In this document: positions 9,664-18,293 of the stretch, piece after piece | How the letters are laid out: each line of letters starts with the position of its first letter | Numbering within the stretch: position 1 is the first letter of the stretch | From: a virus | Reading direction: 5' to 3' (one strand) | IMG/VR virus record: IMGVR_UViG_3300043418_000120 | Span: 109,881 to 173,880 of that record | DNA length: 64,000 bases | Translations under genes and position numbers: made by a program | The notes under the pieces: generated by a model | The model's database searches: none | Told to the model about the DNA's origin: nothing | What the model saw: the letters and a program-made list of their open reading frames with translations, nothing else

Positions 9664-10325
9664 TTATTGGACCATCATACATTAACAAGCATGATACAAT
9701 GTACCCAAGTTCTGCCTACCTCTTTGATAGAAAAGAGATTGGAGACCTTGGGTCTTTTCACACTAATGCTATCTCAAACACGTACGGATATGTGTTTGAT
9801 GGCGAGCTAACCTTACCGAACAACAAGATTGTTTCGGCTGGTGAATACTTTTCTCTTTGGTCATTGTACGCAGAGCAAATTAGCTACACTGGCAAGGTCG
9901 CGATCTTTGATCGAATCGGTTTCAAAGGTCAGAACGTAATTGGTGGGCCACTAGAAGACAAAGGACGCTTGTCATACATTGATGGCTGTTCAGATTCATT
10001 GCTAATCTATCCTCCACGCATGGGCGACCCTTCGCTCAACATGCTACATTTTCCACCAAACACTAAGCAATCATTCCACACTCACCCAAGCATTCGCTTT
10101 GGTATTGTTGTCAGTGGTTTTGGTTATGCTGCATTGATGGATGGTGAGGAAGAACAAAGCATTCGTCTCGAGCCAGGAATGTTATTCTGTATTGAAGAGC
10201 AAGAGAAGCATCGTTTCGTAACAGACACAAAAGAGATGGTGGTGTTAGCGTATCACCCAGATGGCGATTGGGGTCCAACTGATCACAATCATACTATGCT
10301 AAACCGCACTTACCTGACTAAATAA
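9660..10325 (+). CDS. cupin-domain protein
   Basis: HTHPS.R.G.V.SG.G and later H; cupin motifs. Confidence 0.7.
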   Translation: MIIGPSYINKHDTMYPSSAYLFDRKEIGDLGSFHTNAISNTYGYVFDGELTLPNNKIVSAGEYFSLWSLYAEQISYTGKVAIFDRIGFKGQNVIGGPLEDKGRLSYIDGCSDSLLIYPPRMGDPSLNMLHFPPNTKQSFHTHPSIRFGIVVSGFGYAALMDGEEEQSIRLEPGMLFCIEEQEKHRFVTDTKEMVVLAYHPDGDWGPTDHNHTMLNRTYLTK

Positions 10326-10329
10326 AAAT

Positions 10330-10557
10330 ATGCCTACCTATACTTTTAGAGACAAAAACACTGGTGAAACTTATGACAAGTTCATGAGTATGAGCGCACG
10401 TGAAGAATTCTTACTAGAGAACCCCAACATAGAAACAGTGATCGGAGCAGTAGCAACGATTCGCGACACGCCAAAGTTGGATGGCGGTTTTAGGGAAGTC
10501 CTACAAAAGATTCATGAACGTACAGGTGGCAGCAACCTGAAAGACAGGATCCGATAA
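10330..10557 (+). CDS. FmdB-like small protein
   Basis: MPTYTF..TGE; typical position before phoH. Confidence 0.7.
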   Translation: MPTYTFRDKNTGETYDKFMSMSAREEFLLENPNIETVIGAVATIRDTPKLDGGFREVLQKIHERTGGSNLKDRIR

Positions 10558-10576
10558 CAACTAAACTGGAGTACGC

Positions 10577-11338
10577 ATGGCAAGAAAAGCACCAACAACA
10601 GAAAGTGCCGTGAACGAGGGAAAATTAGAGAAGCGATTACATGTGAACAATTCGCTGAAAGTAAGAATAGACGATCTAAAGACGTTTGATCCATTAACCC
10701 AAAATCAAAAATTATTTTTTGATGCGTACAAAAGAGGAGACTACTTCGTAGCACTACATGGCGTAGCTGGTACTGGTAAAACTTTTTGTGCTTTGTATAA
10801 AGCCATTGAAGAAGTGCTCGATAAGAGCAATCCCTTCAACAAAATTATTGTGGTAAGATCGGCGGTTCAATCCAGAGAGGTTGGCCACTTGCCAGGTGAT
10901 GTGAATGAGAAGATGGAAATCTATCAACAACCATATCGCCAAATCTGCGAAACCTTGTTTGGTCGTAAAGACGCTTGGGATCGCTTAGAAGAACAACATC
11001 ATATCGAGTTCATTTCTACATCGTTCATTCGTGGTATGTCATTTGATGACGCTATCATTATTGTCGATGAGATGCAGAACTTGACCTTTGAAGAAATCGA
11101 TACCGTTATGACTCGTGTCGGATATCGATCTAAAATTATTTGGTGTGGCGACTATCGTCAAACCGATTTGAACAAGAAGAAGAACGACGTCACTGGAATT
11201 TTAAAATTCTTTGACATCGCTCAACACATGAGCGCATTCACTCGTATTGAATTTACGGTTGACGACATTGTTCGTTCATCCCTCGTGAAAGAGTATATTA
11301 TGGCAAAGATAAGATACGACGATTACGAAGGACGATAA
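10577..11338 (+). CDS. phoH: PhoH family ATPase
   Basis: GVAGTGKT, GHLPG, RG.SF, DEMQN, GD.RQ.D motifs. Confidence 0.93.
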   Translation: MARKAPTTESAVNEGKLEKRLHVNNSLKVRIDDLKTFDPLTQNQKLFFDAYKRGDYFVALHGVAGTGKTFCALYKAIEEVLDKSNPFNKIIVVRSAVQSREVGHLPGDVNEKMEIYQQPYRQICETLFGRKDAWDRLEEQHHIEFISTSFIRGMSFDDAIIIVDEMQNLTFEEIDTVMTRVGYRSKIIWCGDYRQTDLNKKKNDVTGILKFFDIAQHMSAFTRIEFTVDDIVRSSLVKEYIMAKIRYDDYEGR

Positions 11339-11965
11339 ATGTCTATTACCCTAGAGCTACTACAAAACATTGCTCCACAAACAAAAGTATCGAAGCTAGA
11401 AGGTTTCGTTGAAGGACTACAAGAAGCATGTGACAAATTTGAGATTAACACTCCAAGTCGTCTAGCATGTTTCCTTGCTCAAGTCGGTCACGAATCTGGC
11501 GGCTTTAATGCTGTTAAGGAAAACCTAAACTACAGCGCGGCTGGTCTTACTGGAACTTTCCATAAGTATTTCCCTACGCTTGAGTCTGCTCATGCTTATG
11601 AGCGTAACCCAGAAATGATCGCCAACCATGTCTATGCTAATCGCATGGGTAATGGTGATGAGCATTCTGGTGATGGATTCAAGTACCGTGGTCGTGGGTT
11701 GATTCAATTGACTGGTCATGACAATTACCATGCCTTCGCTGAAGACTTGGGTCTTGAGATTGACGAAGCGATTGAATACCTTGAGACTTACGAAGGCGCT
11801 GCTATGTCCGCTGCTTGGTTCTGGTGGAAGAATAACCTGAACGATTGGGCAGATAAAGAAGACATGGTAACACTTACTAAGAAAATCAACGGTGGTACTA
11901 TTGGTCTTGAAGACCGCATCCACCACTTCGCTTCTGCGAAACAAGCATTAGAAAACTTAGCATAA
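11339..11965 (+). CDS. glycoside hydrolase family 19 endolysin
   Basis: FLAQ.GHESG, YRGRGLIQLTG..NY, INGG..GL.DR motifs. Confidence 0.92.
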   Translation: MSITLELLQNIAPQTKVSKLEGFVEGLQEACDKFEINTPSRLACFLAQVGHESGGFNAVKENLNYSAAGLTGTFHKYFPTLESAHAYERNPEMIANHVYANRMGNGDEHSGDGFKYRGRGLIQLTGHDNYHAFAEDLGLEIDEAIEYLETYEGAAMSAAWFWWKNNLNDWADKEDMVTLTKKINGGTIGLEDRIHHFASAKQALENLA

Positions 11966-12610
11966 ATGTTCCAACATATACATCATGAACTCGTTAGTCT
12001 ACCGCGAATTGATACACCAGAGGGAAGGTATTACCAGACACCAGACGGTAAAGCCTATCCCTCGGTAACAACTATCACTGGACAACTCGGCAAGGAAGCC
12101 ATCATTGCGTGGCGTAAGAAGGTTGGTAATGAAGAAGCCAATCGTATTTCCTCAAGAGCTGCTGCTCGTGGAACTCGAATCCACAAACTATGCGAAGACG
12201 TTCTTAATAACAAGACCGTCGACGCTGGTTTCTTCGATGCTCCACTTTGGGTAGATATGCGTCCACTTCTCAACGACATTACAGAAGTACATGCTCTTGA
12301 GAAGCCCCTTTACTCGCATCACCTAAGAACTGCTGGCACCGTAGATTGCGTTGCTAAGTATCGAGGGAAGATGTCCATTGTTGACTTTAAGACTTCGAAG
12401 CGTTTGAAGACTAGAGAAGACATTAGCAACTACTTCATGCAATGCGCAGCTTATGCTGTTGCGTTTGAAGAAAGAACTGGCATTGCCGTATCTCAGTTAG
12501 TCATTCTCATGGGAGTTGACGATGAAGCGCCGCTCGTGTTTATTGAGAAGCGTGATGACTGGATCGGTCAATTTTTACAACTCCGTGATTTATTTGAAAG
12601 AAACAAATGA
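11966..12610 (+). CDS. PD-(D/E)XK exonuclease
   Basis: YPSVTT, GT.IH, AGTVD, IVDFKTS, Q..AY motifs. Confidence 0.85.
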   Translation: MFQHIHHELVSLPRIDTPEGRYYQTPDGKAYPSVTTITGQLGKEAIIAWRKKVGNEEANRISSRAAARGTRIHKLCEDVLNNKTVDAGFFDAPLWVDMRPLLNDITEVHALEKPLYSHHLRTAGTVDCVAKYRGKMSIVDFKTSKRLKTREDISNYFMQCAAYAVAFEERTGIAVSQLVILMGVDDEAPLVFIEKRDDWIGQFLQLRDLFERNK

Positions 12611-12855
12611 AAGTATTGAAATTCCAAGCAAGCTGGTGTGGTCCATGCCAAGCATTGAGTATGACTCTTAATGAGTTGACAGAGCAAGCCATTCTTATCG
12701 AACCAGTTGATATTGACGAGAACATGGAGATGGCTCGTAAGTATGGTGTTCGAAGCGTCCCAACCCTTGTGCTGGTGGATGATGCAGGCACCGAAGTTCG
12801 ACGTTCTGTGGGAGCCGTTACACTAGAGGCTTACAAGGCTTGGCTGGCTGAATAA
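12607..12855 (+). CDS. thioredoxin
   Basis: WCGPC active site, VPT. Confidence 0.92.
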   Translation: MKVLKFQASWCGPCQALSMTLNELTEQAILIEPVDIDENMEMARKYGVRSVPTLVLVDDAGTEVRRSVGAVTLEAYKAWLAE

Positions 12856-12862
12856 ATAGTCC

Positions 12863-12891
12863 TTGACATTAATACCGAATACGGGTATAAT
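12863..12891 (+). promoter_or_regulatory. sigma70-type promoter
   Basis: TTGACA-17-TATAAT. Confidence 0.85.
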
Positions 12892-12915
12892 AGTGTCATG
12901 AATAGGAGAAAAGTG

Positions 12916-13218
12916 ATGAAGAAGTTTCTAGTTTTACTGTTGGTTGGTTTGAGTTTTGCGGCTCAGGCTCAGCATTATCATGGTGATCATTTTCATCGCG
13001 GAGCCTACTACAACTGGGCTGCTCCAGCAATCATTGGTGGTGTTATTGGATACAGTATGGCTCAGCGCCCTACTACTGTAGTTGTCCAACAGCCACCAGT
13101 CTACGTTCAACAACAGCCAGTCTATGTTGATCGTCCAGGTATTCCTTACGGATACCGTTATGAGAATGTATTGGATGCGAACTGTGGCTGCTACCGAGTA
13201 GTCCTAGTTCCAAACTAA
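12916..13218 (+). CDS. secreted Pro/Val-rich protein
   Basis: signal peptide ending AQA; QQPPVYVQQQPVYV repeat. Confidence 0.7.
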   Translation: MKKFLVLLLVGLSFAAQAQHYHGDHFHRGAYYNWAAPAIIGGVIGYSMAQRPTTVVVQQPPVYVQQQPVYVDRPGIPYGYRYENVLDANCGCYRVVLVPN

Positions 13219-13221
13219 TTG

Positions 13222-13524
13222 TTGTAATCCCTTCAAAGCGAAGGACTTCTGGACGCGGGTTCGACTCCCGCCATCTCCACCACAAGCGCATTGGCGTAGT
13301 ATGAGTACTCTAAAACTCGACTGCGAAAATCTTAGTTCTAGTGTGCTTTTGATGGGGATGCCATGGTTTCGACAGGGGTAGATAGTAGAGACGGCAACAC
13401 GGTAGGCGATGACCGTTAATCAAGCAAATCAAAATAAATGCAAACGAAAGTTCATTTTTGATGGCAGCCTAATCGGCACCATCTGAGTTTCGGTGGGTGT
13501 ACTTGGAAACAGAAACACCTACCA
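13222..13524 (+). ncRNA. ssrA: circularly permuted two-piece tmRNA; tag ANESSFLMAA
   Basis: acceptor piece with T-arm ending CATCTCCACCA (13282) precedes coding piece GGGGATG (13354); G3.U70; tag frame 13440-13472; outer ends approximate. Confidence 0.92.
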
Positions 13525-13525
13525 T

Positions 13526-13533
13526 TATAAATA
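13526..13533 (+). promoter_or_regulatory. T4-type late promoter
   Basis: TATAAATA. Confidence 0.7.
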
Positions 13534-13583
13534 ATTACTTACATCATGAACACACAACTTGATTTACACACACAGGAGTTTAC

Positions 13584-13859
13584 ATGTCAAACATGTCACC
13601 GTTCGAAATTCGCCTCGAACTATTAAAAATGGCGAAGGAGATGCTCGTCGAGGATTACTACACCAAGAAAGAGCAAATCACAAACAGCTGGGCAACCGCA
13701 GTTGACTCAGCAAAGCAGACTGGTGCTACGCCACCTGATCATCCAGCGATGCCTGCTTATCCAAGCGAAGCCGAGATTATTGCTAAGGCAACTACTCTCA
13801 ACGGGTTCGTCTCTCAAATCCCCACAGCTACACTAGAAAAGACTAAGAAGTCCACCTGA
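13584..13859 (+). CDS. conserved T4-like hypothetical protein
   Basis: PFEIRLELLKMAK, YPSE.EII.KA..LNGFVS; SD AGGAG. Confidence 0.8.
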   Translation: MSNMSPFEIRLELLKMAKEMLVEDYYTKKEQITNSWATAVDSAKQTGATPPDHPAMPAYPSEAEIIAKATTLNGFVSQIPTATLEKTKKST

Positions 13860-13912
13860 TACGGGATCGGCGTGTGCCACAGCACACGCCTTAACTAATT
13901 AAGGAGATTGTT

Positions 13913-14446
13913 TTGAAATATCTAATTTCAATTCTCATTACCATATCATTGTTTGTTATGTTGCTCTTCTCGACAATTCCGTCAAGAGATATATCAACTG
14001 GTATCGTAAGTGTACCTTACCAAAATTTGACTGCTTCTGAAAAGAAAGAAGTCGACTGTCTCGCAGATAACATCTGGTATGAGGCTCGTTCCGAACCTAA
14101 AGATGGCCAAGTGGCTGTCGGTCTTGTCACTCTCAACAGAGTCAAGTCTAAGGTGTTCAACAGTAGTGTTTGCGGTGTCGTACATCAAAAAACAAAAACT
14201 ACTTGTCAATTCACATGGCTATGCGAAGGTAAGAAAACTATCACCGCAAAGCAACGTGAACTGTATGAAGATGTCCGTGACATCGCTCTTTATGTATACT
14301 TCAATCATGCTGTGATTGAGGATCTTACTGGAGGGGCTATATACTATCATGCCGATTACGTGTCTCCTGGCTGGAAAAAGCTGAAGAAGACTACGAAGAT
14401 CGGTCGCCATATCTTTTACACCGACCCGAAAGTGACTAACCTATGA
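13913..14446 (+). CDS. SleB-like cell wall hydrolase (Hydrolase_2)
   Basis: CLA.NI.YEAR.E, AV..V.LNRV, CQF.W, YYHADYV.P.W, IGRHIFY motifs. Confidence 0.88.
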   Translation: MKYLISILITISLFVMLLFSTIPSRDISTGIVSVPYQNLTASEKKEVDCLADNIWYEARSEPKDGQVAVGLVTLNRVKSKVFNSSVCGVVHQKTKTTCQFTWLCEGKKTITAKQRELYEDVRDIALYVYFNHAVIEDLTGGAIYYHADYVSPGWKKLKKTTKIGRHIFYTDPKVTNL

Positions 14447-15003
14447 TGGAAAAACTCAATATCAACCTGAACGCAGGTGGTGATACCAAACAAAACTTCT
14501 TGTTGGTAATGGACGAAATTTCTTTGTCCTCTTGTAAGCAGATGGTCGAATGGATCTTTGCGTGTAACTTCAGCGAAGAGCAGTTTGATATTCTGAACCT
14601 TGTTATCTGTAGTCCAGGTGGCGATCTGAACGCAGCGTTTGCTGTTATCGACACCATGAAGGGCAGCTCTATTCCAATCCGAACTATCGGTCTTGGTCAA
14701 ATTGCTTCTGCTGGTCTATCAATCTTCATGGCTGGTACAGCTGGTCAACGTATCCTGACACCAAACACTTCTATCCTCTCGCACCAATACTCATGGGGAT
14801 CGTTTGGTAAGGAGCATGAACTTATTGCTCAGGTGAAAGAATTTGACTTGACTACGAAACGCCTGATCGCGCACTACAAGAAGTGCACTGGTCTTGAAGA
14901 AGACGTTATCCGTGAGAAACTGTTGCCACCACAGGACGTTTGGCTAAGTGCTGCTGAAGCAAAGAAGCTGGGTGTTTGTGACGTTGTGAAGGACTTATAC
15001 TAA
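14443..15003 (+). CDS. clpP: ClpP-like protease subunit
   Basis: SPGG, IASAG (catalytic Ser), HQ, D.WLSA.EA..LG..D motifs. Confidence 0.85.
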   Translation: MMEKLNINLNAGGDTKQNFLLVMDEISLSSCKQMVEWIFACNFSEEQFDILNLVICSPGGDLNAAFAVIDTMKGSSIPIRTIGLGQIASAGLSIFMAGTAGQRILTPNTSILSHQYSWGSFGKEHELIAQVKEFDLTTKRLIAHYKKCTGLEEDVIREKLLPPQDVWLSAAEAKKLGVCDVVKDLY

Positions 15004-15176
15004 TGAAATGGCTCAAGTACTCTGGCATCTTCATCACCATTGTTGTCAATCCATTCCATTGGCGACTTGGTCTTGACTATGGTAAAGATGAACTGTGTGG
15101 ACCAAACAGCTGGACAGGCAAGTTAAACTTACTGTTCCTTGGTATTCATGTAGTATGGGATGATGGCGACTGGTAA
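15003..15176 (+). CDS. small hypothetical protein (57 aa)
   Basis: TAATG coupling; MKWLKYSG..NPFHW..DDGDW. Confidence 0.6.
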   Translation: MKWLKYSGIFITIVVNPFHWRLGLDYGKDELCGPNSWTGKLNLLFLGIHVVWDDGDW

Positions 15177-15188
15177 GCCACCCAAAAG

Positions 15189-15211
15189 AAAAGCCCCTTT
15201 CGGGGCTTTTT
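15189..15211. terminator. bidirectional intrinsic terminator
   Basis: AAAAGCCCC-TTTC-GGGGCTTTTT between convergent genes. Confidence 0.85.
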
Positions 15212-15216
15212 GTCAT

Positions 15217-15747
15217 TTAGAACCACAACCAAATACCTTGGGTCATCAGTAGTAGGGCTAGTCCACCCACACCCCAAGATCCCCAGTACATTCGCATATC
15301 AACTGCGATGATCGATGCAGACAACAGCACGATCGCAAGCTGGAACAACATACCAGAGAACGTCAGCCATGGGCTGTGTAGCTTGGCTTCATTACGGGCA
15401 TCTTTAAGAGCTTGAGCTTTTGCCAACAATTCTTTCTTACCTTCTTTAGTCTTTGGGTCAGACTCATAACGATCGATCTTCTTTTGTAGCTCTGCTTTAC
15501 GCTTTGGGTCTTTGGCTTCTTCGAGCTGTCCCTCAGCAATAGACTGCTTGATAGACTTAGCTTGGAAGAAGCTGTATGTGTCAGACGCTTCGATCAAGTT
15601 CGTCATCGCTTGACCACTGAACGAGTTAGCATAGTAGGTGTTAAGTGCTAGGAACAGCGCCATCACAACAATCACTAGACCAGCGCGGTCTTTGATAGCA
15701 GCTTCGCGTTCGCTGCGTGTAGGGGTCTTTTTAATTTCTTCTGTCAT
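15217..15747 (-). CDS. DUF4337-like membrane protein
   Basis: three TM helices; ASD.Y.FFQAKSIKQ motif. Confidence 0.7.
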   Translation of the reverse strand: MTEEIKKTPTRSEREAAIKDRAGLVIVVMALFLALNTYYANSFSGQAMTNLIEASDTYSFFQAKSIKQSIAEGQLEEAKDPKRKAELQKKIDRYESDPKTKEGKKELLAKAQALKDARNEAKLHSPWLTFSGMLFQLAIVLLSASIIAVDMRMYWGSWGVGGLALLLMTQGIWLWF

Positions 15748-15748
15748 A

Positions 15749-15922
15749 TCATTCCTTCGGTTTCTTAAACCAGTATGTTGTTTGTAGTACACGCATCACT
15801 GCGTCGCCTGTTGTGTTGTTTAGGCGAGCTGCCCACTCAACGAAATAGCACCAATCGCGTTCTGCGTCTTCTTGACCAGAAGCCCATGCTTGGTACATAT
15901 GTTGTAAGTGACGTGAATCCAT
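15749..15922 (-). CDS. small hypothetical protein (57 aa)
   Basis: MDSRHLQ...WFKKPKE; SD GAGG. Confidence 0.55.
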   Translation of the reverse strand: MDSRHLQHMYQAWASGQEDAERDWCYFVEWAARLNNTTGDAVMRVLQTTYWFKKPKE

Positions 15923-15937
15923 GTCAACCTCTCGTAT

Positions 15938-16087
15938 TTATTTGATGAACATCAAGACTTTGGCTGTCACAACTGCGACCCCAACGACCAACATCATGAA
16001 CACTGCCGCTACTGTTATAACGAAGATGGCAGCAAGCCCAACACCATAGCTCAACAGCGTATTCCATTTATTCTTTAGTTCTTGCAT
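15938..16087 (-). CDS. small membrane protein (49 aa)
   Basis: MQELKNKW... followed by a long hydrophobic helix. Confidence 0.5.
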   Translation of the reverse strand: MQELKNKWNTLLSYGVGLAAIFVITVAAVFMMLVVGVAVVTAKVLMFIK

Positions 16088-16088
16088 G

Positions 16089-16871
16089 TTAGCGCCCTGT
16101 CCAAACTTTCGGTGCAGCCTCTAATCTGCGTTGTTCTTCTGTCTTTGGAATCCACTCTGTTCCAAGCTGTGGATACTTTCTGATACGATCCTCAATAACG
16201 AAAGCAATCATTATACCCACGGCTGCACATACAACCACTGCAGCGATCCCAATGATCATTTCTGCCCACATTTTCTCTATTCTTTTTCGTCTTCTGATGG
16301 CTGCGGAGCGATCATTTCGCATCTGTTTTGCAATCAGGACACGCTGGGTAGCGCCCATCTGTTTCATCATCGCTTCTACTTCAGTGTAGAGAGCGCCAAG
16401 TTCTGGGGGAGATTGGTACACCATCAGCTCGCGAAGGTCAACTGACATCTGTTCTAGCTGCTTACGCATCAGTACGCGCTGAAGAGCACGTTTACCAAGA
16501 GAGGCGTCACCAGTGTATACTTCGTTTTCGGCGCGTCGCTCTTCTTCTTCCATGATGGCTAGGCACTTATAGAAGTTGTCGTAGTAAGCTCCAAGGTGTT
16601 CGCCGATCTCACGGTAGATACCCTCGTGTTCGCCAGAGTTGGCCTTCTTGTTTAGCTCAATGACTTCGTTCTTTTGACGAATGTATTGATTCTTCTGCTC
16701 TACGGTAGCAGGTTTTTCTGGTGGGTGGAGCTTGTGGAACTGATCATCAAGGTCTTTGAGAACGTCTTTGACTTCTCCAGCAGCACTCTTGATGTCTTTG
16801 TATAGCTTACACCCTGCCTTGACGGCAGAGACTGCGCCGTTCGCCAGCGCAAAGAGCGTTAATGGATCCAT
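16089..16871 (-). CDS. coiled-coil membrane-anchored protein
   Basis: MDPLTLFALANGAV start; C-terminal TM helix. Confidence 0.75.
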   Translation of the reverse strand: MDPLTLFALANGAVSAVKAGCKLYKDIKSAAGEVKDVLKDLDDQFHKLHPPEKPATVEQKNQYIRQKNEVIELNKKANSGEHEGIYREIGEHLGAYYDNFYKCLAIMEEEERRAENEVYTGDASLGKRALQRVLMRKQLEQMSVDLRELMVYQSPPELGALYTEVEAMMKQMGATQRVLIAKQMRNDRSAAIRRRKRIEKMWAEMIIGIAAVVVCAAVGIMIAFVIEDRIRKYPQLGTEWIPKTEEQRRLEAAPKVWTGR

Positions 16872-16928
16872 TTTCTTCTTATTGTTATCAGGAATCTCGA
16901 ACATATTTAGGATTGTTCGGACTTTGAC

Positions 16929-17046
16929 TTGACATTAATCCAGTGTAGTTGTATAATAACAGTGTTGGGTTTGATGTTAGGACTAAGTATAACCTTGGAG
17001 TCAGTAGGGTTATCTGCTTGACATTAAACATGAACTGAGGTATAAT
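16929..17046 (+). promoter_or_regulatory. two tandem sigma70-type promoters
   Basis: TTGACA-17-TATAAT at 16929-16957 and 17018-17046. Confidence 0.8.
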
Positions 17047-17052
17047 TGATCC

Positions 17053-17349
17053 ATGATGAATGAAAGACAAACAGAGGTGATGCGAATCGCCCAAGAAGAG
17101 TCAGCTGAAATCATCCAAGCAATCAGTAAGGTTCTGCGTTTCGGTAAAGACAACTGTCATCCAGACAGCACTCAAACGAACGCTGAGCATCTAGCTGAAG
17201 AAGTTGGTGACATGCTGTGTATGATCGAACTACTGATCGAAACAAAGGTTGTTAGTGAGAGTCAGGTACAGAAGGCTGCGAGGTTGAAGCGCAATAAACT
17301 TCGGAAATGGTCAAAAATATTTTCCGAAAAAGATGAAAATTGTGCTTGA
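17053..17349 (+). CDS. MazG-like nucleotide pyrophosphohydrolase
   Basis: EESAEIIQAISK and EEVGD motifs. Confidence 0.8.
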   Translation: MMNERQTEVMRIAQEESAEIIQAISKVLRFGKDNCHPDSTQTNAEHLAEEVGDMLCMIELLIETKVVSESQVQKAARLKRNKLRKWSKIFSEKDENCA

Positions 17350-17374
17350 CTGTTATAAATAAAAGAGGTATAAT
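17346..17374 (+). promoter_or_regulatory. sigma70 promoter with nested T4 late promoter
   Basis: TTGACT-17-TATAAT with TATAAATA (17354-17361) inside the spacer. Confidence 0.8.
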
Positions 17375-17409
17375 AGATACCTCTAAACGAATTAAGGATT
17401 TAATCTTCA

Positions 17410-17529
17410 ATGTTACTCTGTCAAAGTTATCACCAGCCGATGAAAGCCACTTTGTGGTCTGGAGATACACGCACAGCAGTATCATTCGGCTCAAATCCAG
17501 AGATTAGTGTAGGGGTGTTAGAGGTATAA
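17410..17529 (+). CDS. putative attenuator leader peptide containing all 20 amino acids
   Basis: SD TAAGGA; MLLCQSYHQPMKATLWSGDTRTAVSFGSNPEISVGVLEV; 31 distinct codons in 39. Confidence 0.7.
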   Translation: MLLCQSYHQPMKATLWSGDTRTAVSFGSNPEISVGVLEV

Positions 17530-17553
17530 GAAGTCCAAACTTCAAACCAAAGC

Positions 17554-17590
17554 GCCCCAAGAGATGAAAGTCCTTGGGGTTTTTTGTTTT
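17554..17590 (+). terminator. intrinsic terminator of putative attenuator
   Basis: GCCCCAAG-a-GAT-GAAA-GTC-CTTGGGGT followed by TTTTTGTTTT. Confidence 0.8.
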
Positions 17591-17600
17591 GTAGCTTGAA

Positions 17601-17870
17601 TAACCTTACAGTTCGTAAGGTTATCGCTTGACAATAAATTGAATGTCAGGTATAATTGATGTTCTGATGTTGATAAGGTGCTAAAGTTAAAGACCCTACG
17701 GTTCGTAAGGTTACTAAAATTAGTGCTTGACTTAATTGATGACTTCAGTTATAATTGAGGTTCTGATGTGATGTGCTAAGATTGAAGTGCGAAAATTGCT
17801 GAATTGCTATGAACTTCGAAAATAGTGCTTGACATTATAACAGAAATAAGGTATAATTCTTAGTTCTGAT
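17601..17870 (+). promoter_or_regulatory. three tandem sigma70 promoters in about 100-bp units
   Basis: -35/-10 at 17628/17651, 17727/17750, 17829/17852; each followed by GTTCTGATG; palindromes at 17601 and 17693. Confidence 0.8.
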
Positions 17871-17885
17871 GTTCTTTAAAAATTT
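17870..17885 (+). promoter_or_regulatory. rrn-type boxA antitermination element
   Basis: TGTTCTTTAAAAATTT resembles rrn boxA TGCTCTTTAACA; 10 nt before the first tRNA. Confidence 0.65.
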
Positions 17886-17895
17886 ATCGCCATGT

Positions 17896-17970
17896 GCACG
17901 ATTCGTCTATCGGTTAGGACGCTGCCCTTTCAAGGCGGAAAGACGAGTTCGATTCTCGTATCGTGTACCA
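17896..17970 (+). tRNA. tRNA-Glu(TTC)
   Basis: cloverleaf, CT-TTC-AA loop, encoded CCA. Confidence 0.9.
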
Positions 17971-18203
17971 TATTAAAGCGTATTGGGTTACCAATACCAG
18001 TAGGTGGCTATGATGGTTCGAAGATGCTCGACGGAGCACGCTGTCATAGTTACAAGAAAGACGGAAACGCCCTTGCGGTGGAAACAGTAGTCGCGCTGGA
18101 TTAGGTTGGCTTGTAATGTGTTTGATGACCAGTCGCTAGACGTTAGCGTGGTAAGCCTACGGTGTAGGTTGTTGTCATTCATCCCAGTATGTTTTAATAT
18201 GGT
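17971..18203 (+). ncRNA. unknown structured RNA closed by a 21-bp stem
   Basis: ACCATATTAAAGCGTATTGGG pairs with CCCAGTATGTTTTAATATGGT; internal hairpins. Confidence 0.55.
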
Positions 18204-18207
18204 AAAT

Positions 18208-18283
18208 GCGGGTAAGGTGTTTATGGATACACACGAGTCTTCCAAACTTGAGTAGACCAGATCGTTACTGGCTACCCGCTCCA
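18208..18283 (+). tRNA. tRNA-Gly(TCC)
   Basis: CT-TCC-AA loop; variant T-loop ATCGTTA; CCA. Confidence 0.85.
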
Positions 18284-18293
18284 TGTTTTGTAT

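Noticed and set aside
11966-12610. Exonuclease as CRISPR Cas4
   Set aside because: No Fe-S cysteine cluster pattern or cas neighbours; a common T4-like exonuclease near phoH
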